Below are positions 12,587 through 26,220 of a DNA stretch of 64,000 nucleotides, piece by piece. The stretch spans positions 84,320,001-84,384,000 of the forward strand of contig NC_042998.1 in assembly GCF_006345805.1 (NCBI RefSeq), in the 5' to 3' direction. This stretch comes from Octopus sinensis. Taxonomy: Eukaryota. A program made the translations under genes and the position numbers. Each line of letters begins with the position of its first letter. Position 1 is the stretch's first letter. The notes below the pieces were generated by a model that was not told the origin of the DNA, ran no database searches, and saw only the letters and a list, made by a program, of their open reading frames with translations.

Positions 12587-15500
12587 GTATGTACACTAAT
12601 CTTTTCTTTATTGCATGTCCATCCTTGTTTCTCTATATATTAGTGCTGGCATGGTTGTGGTGGAGAAGCTTGCTTCCAAACCAGGTGGGACAAACATTAA
12701 AAAGAAATAAAATGAAATATCAAGTTTTGTTTACATTTTATATGTTTTGTCTTTGTGTTTCTTTTCAGATCAACATATTCTAAGTAGCAAGTCAGGGTTA
12801 AAAAGAATAATGAGAATTTTCAAATATTTGTTTAAGTGGACAATAACAGGAGGGATATAATGAGAAGAATTCCATGGAGAAAAGACAAAGGTCATAGGTG
12901 GAACAAATAATACAGGGAGATTGTTTAATGTTTGGTAATAAAGGAAGTGAGTAATGCTTAGAACTGACAATGAGAAATATACACAAGCGGGGAACAGAAG
13001 AATCATTAGTAAATTACTATTGTAAATTAGATTTGTCATCACAGATATAGTTGACCTTCACACATGTAATAAAACATTCCAAACCTTGTGACATGGGATT
13101 GGGAGACAACGAAGAGCAAAAAAGACAAAAAAAGACAGCTCAATAATCAAATATATATATAGTCCAACCCATGCTAGCATGGAAAGTGGACGTTAAACGA
13201 TGATGATGATGATGATATATATATATATTACCATCATCGTTTAATGTCTGCTTGCAATGCTGGCATGGGTCAAATGGTTTTTTTATTGGAACTGTTGGTG
13301 CCACATAAAAAAGCACCCAACACACCCTGTAAAATGGTTGACATTAAGAAGGGTGTAGTGGTTAAGTGTGTATCAGTATGTGTTAAGGTGAACAAATGTG
13401 GTAGGCATGTGGATGCCTTTGAAGTAAACAAAAATATGACATCAATTCATAATTAAAATAATTTATTTACTGTACTTGCATTTGCCTTTGGTATACAATA
13501 TTCTTCACTACATGTAATTGTTGACAACTGCTACGAGTTGCTAGTAATAGAATCAGGGCACATCTGTGGAGGTGATATGTCAGAACTGAATATGTTTTTG
13601 TGTGTGTATGTGTGCATCGTTCATCTGAGAAAGTAGTCTGCCAAAACCTTTCTATCTGCATCCTAGGTCTTTCTGTCTGTCTTTCTGTTGACCACGAGGG
13701 CTTCCAGCCATAGAAACAATGTCAAAATAGACAACCAGAGCCTGGTGTGGCTCTCCAGCTTGCTAACTTCTGTCAAACCATTCAGTCCATGCCAGCATGG
13801 GAAAAGGACATTAGATGATGATGATGATGGTGGTGGTGGTGGTGGTGATGATGAGTTTCAACTATACACTTTCTTCAGTGAAACTGGTCTTGCAACTCAT
13901 TCAAAAAGATTAATTAATAATCCTGCTGCATTTTAATATTTTGTGTTGTTGTTGTTGTTGTACAGCTGCTGTCAATATTGATTCATCACATTGACCCGCA
14001 GTGTGTAGAGGATTTGTGTTGGTGATTGTTCACAAGTTGTCAAGGTCCTGACCAAAACGTGTTTCACCAATCTTAGAAGAATGATAAGCCGCATTGATCC
14101 TAACATCATTTTCGACTTAAAACTCCAACAATTGGGTGGATGTTTGTCAGTTTTCATGATGAGGATTCAGATGTTTGGCCAACCAAAATATTTACTCTTT
14201 GAATGAACAGTTAAGAAGTTGGTCATCCCACTTAATATAATTCTCAGGTGAAATCCATGTGATACAATGCATGATGAGTCTATTTTTTTTTTAAATACAG
14301 GCATAATTTATATAGTGGGCTTCTTTACAGTTTCCATGTACCCAGTTTCTCTCACAAATTATTGGTCAATCCAAGACTATAGAAACTATACTGGGCCAAG
14401 ATGCCACATGGTGTGATTAAAACCAGAAGCTTTAAGGCTCTAAGTCAAAATTTTTCCCCATTCAGCCATACAATTCAGCCTATTAAAATAATTAAAATTA
14501 AATACCTTATCTTTTACTTGTTTCAGTCATTTTTTTTAATGCCTGGTACTTATTCTTTTGCCAAACTACTAAGTTACAGGGGCTTAAACAAACCAACAGC
14601 AGTCGTCAAGCAGTGGTTGGGGACAGACACACATGCACATACACATTTACAGCAGGCTTCTTTCAGTTTCTGTCTACCAAATCTACTGACAATGCTCTGG
14701 TCAGCCTGGGGTTAAAGTAGATGACATTTACCCATTCTTTGGTGAGAAGATACCACTAAAATTTGGTTTCGTTAATAGTCTCCTGCAATTCTCTAGATGG
14801 TCAGCTGTTGTTTGGCAGATAAAAGTAAAACTTAAAAACCAAAATATCTTAAGGCATGGCTGTGTGGTAAATCACATGGCTCCAAGTTCAATCCCACTGC
14901 ATCAGAAGAATTGCAAGAGACTATTAATCAAACCAAATTTTAACCCCATAGAATATTTTTGCAAAGCATTTTTGTTCATTAGGCAAAATGGGTCTGAAGC
15001 TTTTTGATTTTTATACAATGTCAAAGGGATGAGGGAATATATTCTCCTTAATACTCTCTCACTCTCTCTCTCTTTTACTTGATTCATCATTTGACTGTGG
15101 CCAATCGAAAAATCGACCTCAGGACTTATTCTTTGGAAGCCTAGTACTTATTCTATTGGTCTCTTCCGCTGAACCGCTAAGTTATGGGGACGTAAACACA
15201 CCAGCATTGGTTGTCAAGCGATGTTGGAGGACAAACACAGACACACTCACATATATATATGTACATATATACGACAGGCTTCTTTCAGTTTCTGTCTATC
15301 AAATCCACTCAAAGCTTTGGTCGGCCCGAGGCTATAGTAGAAGACACTTGCCCAAGGTGCCATGCAATGGGACTGAACCCGAAACCATGTGGACCACATA
15401 GCCCTTCCTACATTTTTTTTTTTTATATTTTAATTTTTGAAAGAAAGACTAACTTAACATTGCTTGTTCTGTTTTGTTTTTAAATTTATATTTTTCCATG

Positions 15501-17879
15501 CTGGCATGGGTTGGACAGAACTTCTTGAAATATTATTCTATGGCTGGATGCTTTTCCTGATGCCTATCTTTACTTGTTTGCAAGTCAGATCTTTGTGCAT
15601 TTTCATTGAATTGCTGATATACTGCTTACAAGAGACGTAAACAATGTCAAGCAGTGTCAACACAATGATAAACAGTCTAAAATGTGTACACACACACACA
15701 CCATCATGATGGTGATCATTATTATTTAACATCCGTCTTTCATGTTGGCAAAGGCTGGATGAGTCAACATGATGCACTGAATCAGAGAATTGCACCAAGC
15801 TCCAATATTTACTATGGCACATTTTCTATGGCTCAATACCCTTACTGTTGACCGGCTTCTCTACAGTTTCCATCTAGCAGATTTTACTCTTAAGATGTTG
15901 GTAAGCTGAAGGCTTTAGTGGAAGACAGTTGCCCAAAGTGCTCCATGGATGGGGTGGGGGGAAACAAATCTGAAACCACATGGTTGCAAAGCAAACTTCT
16001 TAACCACAGAACCATACTTGTACCTGCAAAGTAATTAAATTCTTGCCAATTACAAAATACTTTCATTGATTTTGGCAATGAGTTGTTCTCACTCCTAGTA
16101 CACTACTACCACCACCACCACCACCATCATTATCATCATCATAACGTCCACATTTCCATGCTTGCATGGATCAGATAGAATTTGCTGAGGCAGATTTCTA
16201 TGGTTGGATGTCCTTCATGTTGCCAACCCTCACTTTTTCCCAAGTAAGGTAATATTTCTACATAGATGGATATGTTTCCAAGGAAGATTGGAAAGAAAGG
16301 ATGCTGCTACAGATAAATATTTACATATTGCTGTACTGAATTACTGGGTGTTAATTGAGAAAAATCTTCTGACATACACCTTGCATCATAAAACAAAGTG
16401 TCACAAACTAGACACGCCAATGAGGATCATCAAAAACAGGCCTGATTCTCTCTCTTCTCCCCCCCCCCCCCACACACTTTGTTTTTACATTTATATTTTC
16501 GAAAGAAGAGGAGAAAGGTTTTTTGGACATTAATGTAGTTGTATATTATTGAAGCAGCTGTTCTTTCTAATGACTCAACTCAGCTATGAAGCAGGAGTGA
16601 GGCAAGGAACCTATTCTGTCTGGTGTACAGACTGAAACAAGGTATTTTGACTTCTACTGTGACATATGCAACATTTCTAAGTTACTTCTACAGATTTTCT
16701 ACAGAATTTAGAGCCAGCGCTGACAGTTAGGATGCTTCATATACTAATACGTTTGTGACTGAAGATAGAAAAATATGTAACAGATGTGTATACATATTTC
16801 AAGAATTCTTGCTCCTTCAGTACCATATCCAACCAATTAACTATCCAAGAACACATTGCTTAAATACCCAATAAGTTTATTGGTGTAACACTATTGTATA
16901 GACCAATTTACATATTAAACACATTCCTGGCAACTGGTACATCATCATCATCATCATTTAACATCCGTTGTCCATACTGGCATGTACTGGACGGTTTGCC
17001 TGGGGCTGGCAAGCTAGAAGGCTGCACCAGACTCTAATCTGATTTGATATGGTTTCTATGGCTGGATGCCCTTCCTAATGCCAACCACTCTGAGAATGTA
17101 TTGGGTACTTTTACATGCCACTTGTATGGGTGCCATTTGTGTGACACCGGTATCTGCCATGACTGTGATTTTTGCTTGGCTTGATGGGTCTTCTTCTCAA
17201 TCATGGCATAATGTCAAAAGTTTTGGTCATTGCCTCTGTGAGGCCCAATGCTCAAAAGGTGCTTTTTACATACCACCAGCATCAGCTACGACTACCATTT
17301 CACTTGGCTTGATAGGTCTTCTAAAACACAGCATATCATTATCATCATCGTCATCATCTAACGTCCATTGTCTATGCTGGCATGGGTTGGCATGCTGGGA
17401 GGCTGTGCCAGGCTCCAGTCTGATTTGGCATGGTTTTCTATAGCTGGATGCCCTTCCTAACACCAACCACTCTGAGAGTGTAATGGAATAGTTGGCATTA
17501 GGAAGGGCATCCAGCTGTAGAAAACCATGCCAAATCAGACTGGAGCCTGGCACAGACTTCCAGTGTGCCAGCCCAGTCAAACTGTCCAACCCATGCCAGC
17601 ATACATATTAATTACTCATAGGGATACCTTATTTCAATTAAGCAACCTTAATATACTACCAAACATATTAAAGTATTTAAAAGTCAATACTATATCCTAC
17701 TTTTGAGAATTTATATAGGCGCAAGAGTGGCTGTGTGGTAAGTAGCTTGCTTACCAACCACATGGTTCCGGGTTCAGTCCCACTGTGTGGCACCTTGGGC
17801 AAGTGTCTTTTACTATAGCCTCAGACTGACCAAAGCCTTGTGAGTGGATTTGGTTGATGGAAACTGAAAATGCCTGTTG

Positions 17880-17910
<31 letters not shown>

Positions 17911-20900
17911 GTGTGTGTGTGTTTGTGCGTCTGTGATTGTCCCACCACCACCATCGCTTGACAACCAATGGTGGTGTGTTTACATCCCCGTAACTTAGCG
18001 GTTCGGCAAAAGAGACCGGTAGAATAAGTACTAGGCTTCCAAAGAATAAGTCCTGGTACTGATTTGCTTGACTAAAGGTGGTGCTCTAGCATGGCCGCCG
18101 TCAAATGACTGAAACCAGTAAAAGAGAGATAGGTTAAAAGTGATTGTATAAACCTTTGATATAGCTAGTAGTATATCATGATTGCAAAATGAAATACAAT
18201 GTTCCTACCAGCAATCAATATACACAACATGGCTATAACAGTATTTGAACTCATGACCATATGGTCAGTAATATAGCAACCTTTACCACACATCAACTAT
18301 AGCTCTTGTATTTGGCTGATCAAAACTTTACCACTTCACTGACGCTGAAGGTTGATATGTGATATTTGTGCTGCAGAGTAACTCAAAGATTTCTCACGTT
18401 TTATTTGTATATGTATATTTTTTACTCATTTATCTTAACTCTTGATTAGAAAGCAATCATTTCTTCATTAACCTTAGCAGAAGTTTTGATAATTCTGTAA
18501 AGAAAACACATTTTTAACCACCCAACCTCTTACCACCATCACTCATCTCTCTTTCTCTCTCTCTCTCCCTCTCCTTTTGCCCATCCTTCTTGAGGCAGAA
18601 TTTGTTGTTTTTGCTTTTCTTTACAAATTGACATTTGAAGAACGGATAACACTGAAGTCTGTACTGTATCTCAGCACTGGCTACCAGACTCACCTCCAAG
18701 CTTTGGCACCCTGCAAACATATTAAATGAAACTTTCTGTTAAGCAAATTGGAACTTAGTTCTATTACTATTATACGGCATAGGTCGTTAACCATATCAGG
18801 AGCTGATATTCCAATTAATTTTTAAAAGATGAGGCACGTCTTATCTTTGACTGAGATTAGATTTGTTTAGCTTGAAACTGTTTGTTGTTGTTGTTGTCAT
18901 GATTCCTGTTAGCTTTTTATGTTTTCTTCTCAGACAATACACACACATCATCATCATCATCATCATCATATTTCTGCATTCAGTGCTAGTGTGGGTTGAA
19001 CATATTCATATCTCTGTTACTCTTTTACTTGTTTCAGTCATCTGACTGTGGCCATGCTGGAGCACCGCCTTTAGTTGAGGAAATCGGCCCCAGGACTTCC
19101 TCGACTTCTATAGTAGAAGACACTTGCCCAAGGTGCCACGCAATAAGACTGAACCCAGAACTATGTGGTTGGTAAGCAAGCTACTTACCACGCAGCCACT
19201 CCTGTGCTTCTATATATCTATATACATGCACACACACATATTGTGCATTAATGTTATAAGCATTTAATTTTTTTCGTTTAATTTACTTAATATTTATCTT
19301 TTGTTTGTAATTTTGTCTTAATCATAATTTCATTTTCATGTATATCTATGCCATAGGCACAGGCATGGCTGTGTGGTAAGAAGTCTGCTTCCCAACTACG
19401 TGGTTCTGGGTTCAGTCCCACTGCGTGACACCTTGGGCAAGTGTCTCCTATTATAGCGTCAGACCAACCAAAGCCTTGTGAGTGGATTGTGAAAGAAGCC
19501 CATCATGTATATGTACCACCATTGCTTTGCAACCATTGCTGTGTTTAAGTCCCCGTGACTTAGCAAAAAGGATCGATGGAATAAGTACTGGGGTCGATTC
19601 ATTTGACAAAGAATTCTTCATGGCAGTGCCTCAGAATGGTCACAGTCTAATGACTGAAACAATTAAAAGATAAAAGATAATTAAGATGGGCTTAAAACCT
19701 CTGCTAATATTTATGTTTGATCCAGAATTGTTAGCACGCCGGGCAAAATGCTTAGCAGTATTTCATCTGTCTTTACGTTCTGAGTTCAAATTCCTCCTAG
19801 GTCAACTTTGCCTTTCATCCTTTCGGGTCGATAAATTAAGTACTGGGGTCGATCTAATCAACTGGCCCCCTCCCCCAAAAATTTCGGGCCTTGTGCCTAG
19901 AGTAGAAAAGAACATTTATGTATGATTCTAAAGTGGCAAGCTGGCAGAATCATTAGCATGTTGGCTAAAATGCTTAGTGGCATTTTGTCTGTCACTACGT
20001 TCTGAGTTCAAATTCCACTAAGGTCAACTGTGCCTTTCATCATTTTGGGTTCCATTTCAGTACTTGGGGTGGTTGATGTAATCTTGTGCCAAAATTCGAA
20101 ACCAATATTTATGTTTGATCTGGGTCTATAAAGAAATCATTGCTTTCAAATGAGGACTAAAGATGAATACTCATGGCATCTGTATTGGAACACATTTGGG
20201 TTTATAAATATTGTTTGACCTCCCCAAGTTATCCCTGATTAAGCAGAGCTATCATCAAATGACTTCCAGCTGATACTATCACATCTTTTTGTTAGACAGT
20301 GTGAGCTAAGACTACATTAACCGAGATGTCCTAAGTTTTTAGATGAAAACTTGTGATATGGCTGCTATTTCTAGCAAACCAAACTTCTATCTTTAATCTT
20401 TTACTTGTTTCAGTCATTGGATTGTGACAATGTTGGGACTCTGCCTTGAAGGGTTTAGTCAAACAAATTGACCCTAGTACCAATTGTTAAGTGTGGTACT
20501 TGTTCTATTGGCCTCTTTTGCCAAACTGCTAAGTTGCAGGGACATAAACAAACCAACACCAGTTGTCCAGCAGTGATTGAATACAAACACAAAAAGGCAC
20601 ATGCATACATGCTAGCCCTGTTTATAGACTTACTATATAGGTTACATGTATTATACCATACCTTTATACTGTGTGGATTGAGATCCCTATTGTCAGGACC
20701 CTGATATTAGATAAAATGTTAATACTAATAGTATGCAAAAAATTTGTAGCTATTGAAATTGTTGCGTATAGAAGCAAATTGGCAGCTTATTTCTATGGGA
20801 TTAGTCAAATTGCTGTTGATGCCTCCTCTGATGAGAATCAATTAAGGCTATTCATTTTTTGCCAGCTGAGTGGACTTGAGCAACATGAAATGAAGTGTTT

Positions 20901-21480
20901 TGCTCAAGAACACAATGTGTCACCTGGCCCAGGAATCAAAACTACAATCTTATGATTATGAGTCTAACACCGTAACCATTAACCCATGCACCTCCACAAT
21001 ATATGTATATATCTCCCTTACAGGGCTGATCGAATTGGCTGCCGATTTCTTCGCGGGGTTCTCTTCCCCTTCTCTCCCCCTCTTTTTACATTGTCTGTCT
21101 GGACTCCTCTCTTCCTACTTCTCTCCATGGCTATGCATACTTAAGCTAGTAACCTGCCTCATTCTTGATTCCGAATTCCTTTTGCCAAGTCTGTCCGTAA
21201 ACGAAGTGATCCCAAGATAAGAAATCTTTGAACTTTAATTCACCCCGTATCTCTATTTATTATTATTTATTATGTATCATTATTCTGAGCCCCCTAGTCG
21301 CCACTCTGTTTACTATTTCAGCCTCGCCTCGTTTTTGCATATTCTGTATAATTCATTAGTTATCGTTATAGATATTTAAGATCTATCTCCCTTACAGGGC
21401 TGATCGAATTGGCCTACCCGCCCCCACCACCAATACCGGATATCTCTATTTTGCTCCAACTATACCGGATGTCGTTTCTC

Positions 21481-22270
21481 CCACCACCATTATAGGTGTC
21501 TACTCTTTGAACCCCCCTCTTCAATACGCTATTTCACCATGCATTACCCCTCTCTCGATATCCTACGTTCTACTTGCCTAGAACCTGTCCTCTGAACCAC
21601 CTCCCACTGGTGCTCCCCTATATTTCTGCACCCCCCCCACCACCATTATAGGTGTCTACTCTTTGAACCCCCCTCTTCAATACGCTATTTCACCATGCAT
21701 TACCCCTCTTTCGATATCCTACGTTCTACTTGCCTAGAACCTGTCCTCTGAACCACCCCTCCCACTGGTGCTCCTCTATATTTCTGCCCCCCCCACCACC
21801 ATTATAGGTGTCTACTCTTTGAACCCCCCTCTTCAATACGCTATTTCACCATGCATTACCCCTCTTTCGATATCCTACGTTCTACTTGCCTAGAACCTGT
21901 CCTCTGAACCACCCCTCCCACTGGTGCTCCTCTATATTTCTGCCCCCCCCACCACCATTATAGGTGTCTACTCTTTGAACCCCCCTCTTCAATACGCTAT
22001 TTCACCATGCATTACCCCTCTCTCGATATCCTACGTTCTACTTGCCTAGAACCTGTCCTCAGAACCACCCCTCCCACTGGTGCTCCCCTATATTTCTGCA
22101 CCCCCCCCACCACCATTATAGGTGTCTACTCTTTGAACCCCCCTCTTCAATACGCTATTTCACCATGCATTACCCCTCTCTCGATTTCCTACGTTCTACT
22201 TGCCTAGAACCTGTCCTCTGAACCACCCCTCCCACTGGTGCTCCCCTATATTTCTGCACCCCCCCCCCAT
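21481..22270. repeat. Tandem array of five ~156-bp near-identical C-rich units
   Basis: attataggtg at 21489, 21645, 21801, 21957 and 22115. Confidence 0.95.
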
Positions 22271-22592
22271 AAAAAGCACCATCCGAACGTGGCCGATGCC
22301 AGACCCCTCTGGCACCTGTGCAGGTGGCACGTAAAAAACACCCACTACATTCGCGGAGTGGTTGGCGTTAGGAAGGGCATCCAGCTGTAGAAACACTGCC
22401 AGACTAGACTGGAGCCTGGGGCAGTCCCGAGCTCCCCAGACCCCGGTCGAAACCGTCCAACCCGTGCTAGCGCGGAAAACGGACGTTAAACGATGATGAT
22501 GATGATATATATATATACTCAAGAATTTTAATGGAGATAAGGCTCCAGTATATAGTACAACTGTTTTTTCGCTCATATATGAGCTAAAGGTT

Positions 22593-23286
22593 AATTAAAT
22601 TTGATATAAGATAAAAATGTCAGATATCTGTCTTAAACTTTCAAACAAGCAAATTCATAATTCAGATGTATGACATGAGATATTATTCCACTCAAATAAC
22701 CACATATTTATATTAAGACATAGATGATAAAAACACAGAAATATAAGAATAGAAAAATAGAAAATATAAGGAGTACTGTGAAAGTAGAAAATATAATTAG
22801 AATAGATTAAAGGATGCAATTGAAAGGATCAGTCCAAACCTGTGGCCATTTCAGAAAAATTTTAAGGGGCTGTAGGTAATAATCTAAATTCAACTCCCTG
22901 TATAAAAACATTTCCTTACTCAGGGTTCCTTTCTTGTGGTAAAATCCAGTAAGATACTGCAGAAAATAAACCTGTAAGCACACTTCAATCCTTCATATGT
23001 TTTTATACAAGGAGTTGAATTTGAATTATTTCCTACAGCCCCTTAAAACTTTTCTGAAACAGCCGTAGGTTTGGACTGATCCTTTCAATTGCCTCCTTTA
23101 ATCTATTCTAACTATATTTTCTATTTTTATTCTTATATATCTATATTCTTATCATCTATGTCTTAATATAAATATGTGGTTATTTGAATGGAATAATATC
23201 TCATGTCATACATCTGAATTATGAATTTGCTTGTCTGAATGTTTAAGACAAATATCTGAAATTTTTATCTTATACCAAATTTTATT
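22593..23286. mobile_element. About 690-bp AT-rich foldback (arms about 300 bp, spacer about 80 bp)
   Basis: About 22593-22912 is the imperfect reverse complement of about 22996-23286. Confidence 0.85.
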
Positions 23287-23318
23287 ATATATGTGTGTGT
23301 GTGTGTATATATACATAC

Positions 23319-23368
<50 letters not shown>

Positions 23369-24685
23369 CTTGCAAAAACCTGTTGAGGCAAATGAAATCA
23401 AAATCACTGACGTGGCCGATGATAGTACCACCTGATTGGCACTTGTGGTATTGGAATGTTAAAGCACCATCCAAGTGTGATCATTGCCAGGGCCACCAAC
23501 AGGCTCCCATGCCGGTGGCACGTGAAAAACAACATTCGAGCATGGTCATTGCCAGTGCCACCTGACTGGCCCTCGTGGAAGGGCATCCAGCTGTAGAAAC
23601 TTTGCCAGTCTAACTGTCCAGCCCATGCCAGCATGGGAAGTGGACGTTAAACGACGACAATGATGATATATACACCCATTTGTAGAAATGTTCTTAGAAT
23701 ATTTTTGTGTCACTCTGTCTCTTTCCTTTACTTTGCTTCTTAATTTCCTTTCTTTCTCTGTTACCCTCCTCCCACTATCATATGACCTGTAACAACCTAA
23801 GGTGTTGACACTCTTTTTCACATTTCCTTCAACTGCACTGGTCACGATTTTCTGAGCTCCTTGCTCTTCTCCTCCCATGTCTATAGTCCTTTATGACAGT
23901 TTTCATTTCTCCTTCACATTATCCACTTTTGTCTTGTCCTACAGCCCAAAGGCTTTTTTTTTTCGTACATGTATTACCATTATTAATTGTTGACTTCATG
24001 TGGTCCTAAGCCTTTATTCTGTTGATTGTTTTGTCCCTCGTCCATCCACCAATGGTCTCATTCTCAGCAAGTTTCTTGTCGGTGCCTCCAGAGTGGAAGC
24101 TATATTATTGATAAAGGCTGAAATTGCATTTGACCCTCTGGCCGATAACTAGTGAACAGTTGGTGACCTGTGTTTTCTGTTCACCTGTCATCATTATCAT
24201 CATCGTTTAACATCTGTTTTCCATGCTGGCATGGGTTGGATGGTTTGACTTAGGTTTGGAGAGCCAGCGGCTGCACCAGGCTCCAATCTGATCTGACAAT
24301 GTTTCTACAGCTGGATGCCCTTCCTAACACCAACCACTCCAAGCATGTAGTGGGTGCTTTTTACGTGCCACCGGCACAGGAGCCGGTTAGGTAGGCCTGG
24401 CATCAATCACATTCGGATAGTGCTTTTTACATGCCACTGGCACAGGGTCAGTCAGGGGGTACTGTATTGGCCACATTTGGGTGATGCTTTTTATGTACCA
24501 CCAGCATGGGAGCGAGTTAGGTAGACCTGGCATTGACCATGTTCAGATGGTCCTTTTTACGTGCCATTGCCACGGGAGCCAGTCAGGGGGCACTGGTCAC
24601 AGCTACGATATTGGTTTTACTTGACTCATATATATGTATGTATATGTAGGTGATGATGATGATGATGATGATATATATATATATA

Positions 24686-26220
24686 TCATCATCATCATCA
24701 TCATCATCATCATTTAACGTCTGCTTTCCATGCTAGCATGGGTTGGACGGTTCAACTGGGGTCTGGGGAGCCCGAAAGCTGCACCAGTCCAGTCAGATCT
24801 GGCAGTGTTTCTACAGCTGGATGCCCTTCCTAACGCCAACCACTCCGAGAGTGTAGTGGGTGATTTTATGTGCCACCGACACAGGTGCCAGACGAGGCTG
24901 GCAAACGGCCACGCTCGGATGGTGTTTTTATGTGCCACCGACACAGGTGCCAGACGAGGCTGGCAGACGGCCACGTTCGGATGGTGTTTTTATGTGCCAC
25001 CGACACAGGTGCCAGATGAGGCTGGCGAACGGCCACGATCGGATGGTGTTTGTTACGTGCCCACAACAAGGAGGCCAGTTGATGCAGTACTGGCTACGGC
25101 TACGTTCAGATGGTTTTCTTGTGTGCCACCGGCACCACAGAGATACAAATTCCATTGATGTTCATCTATTTTGATTTGTTTTGATTTTCAGTTGCCTCAA
25201 CAGGTCTTCACAAGTGTCACAAGAAGGAAGGTATGCACAGGTGGACTGACTACGTCCCAGGTAGGGATCACAGGTTATGGCCTGACTAGTCTTGCCGGGT
25301 TTCGGATGGTGTTTTTATGTGCCACCGACACAGGTGCCAGATGAGGCTGGCGAACGGCCACGATCGGATGGTGTTTGTTACGTGCCCACAGCACGGAGGC
25401 CAGTCGGTGCGGTACTGGCTACGGCCACGTTCGGATGGTTTTCTTGTGTGCCACCGGCACTGGTACCACAAAGATACAATTCCATTAATGTTCATCTATT
25501 TTGATTTGTTTTGATTTGATTTGATTTGTTTTGATTTCATTTTGATTTTCACTTGCCTCAACAGGCCTTCACAAGTATCACAAGGAGGAAGGTATGCACA
25601 GGTTGACTGACTACGTCCCAGGTAGGGGCCATGGGATATGGCCTGACTAGTCTTGCCGGGTCTTCGGATGGTGTTTTTATGTGCCACCGACACAGGTGCT
25701 AGATGAGGCTGGCGAACGGCCACGATCGGATGGTGTTTGTTATGTGCCCACAGCACGATGGCCAGTCGATGCGGTACTGACTACGGCCACGTTCGGATGG
25801 ATTTCTTGTGTGCCACAGGCACTGGTACCACAAAGATACAAATTCCATTGATGTTCATCTATTTTGATTTGATTTGATTTGATTTTCACTTGCCTCAACA
25901 GGTTTTCACAAGTGTCACAAGAAGGAATGTATGCACAGGTGGACTGACTAGTCTTGCCGGGTCTTCGGAAGGTGTTTTTATGTGCCATCGACACAGGTGC
26001 CAGATGAGGCTGGCGAACGGCCATGATCGGATGGTGTTTGTTACGTGCCCACAGCACGGAGGCCGGTCGATGCGGAACTGGCTACGGCCACGTTCGGATG
26101 GTTTTCTTGTGTGCCACCGGCACTGGTACCACAGAGTGTGTGCCACCGGCACTGGTACCACAAAGTGTGTGTCACCGGCACTGGTACCACAAAGATACAG
26201 ATTCCATTGATGTTCATCTA
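24686..26220 (-). mobile_element. Multimeric RTE-3'UTR retro-element: about 4 units of 300-370 bp plus (TGA)n tail
   Basis: ctagtcttgccggg junctions at about 25286, 25647 and 25948; CAT tail at 24686-24712. Reverse complement of about 39420-40836. Confidence 0.9.
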
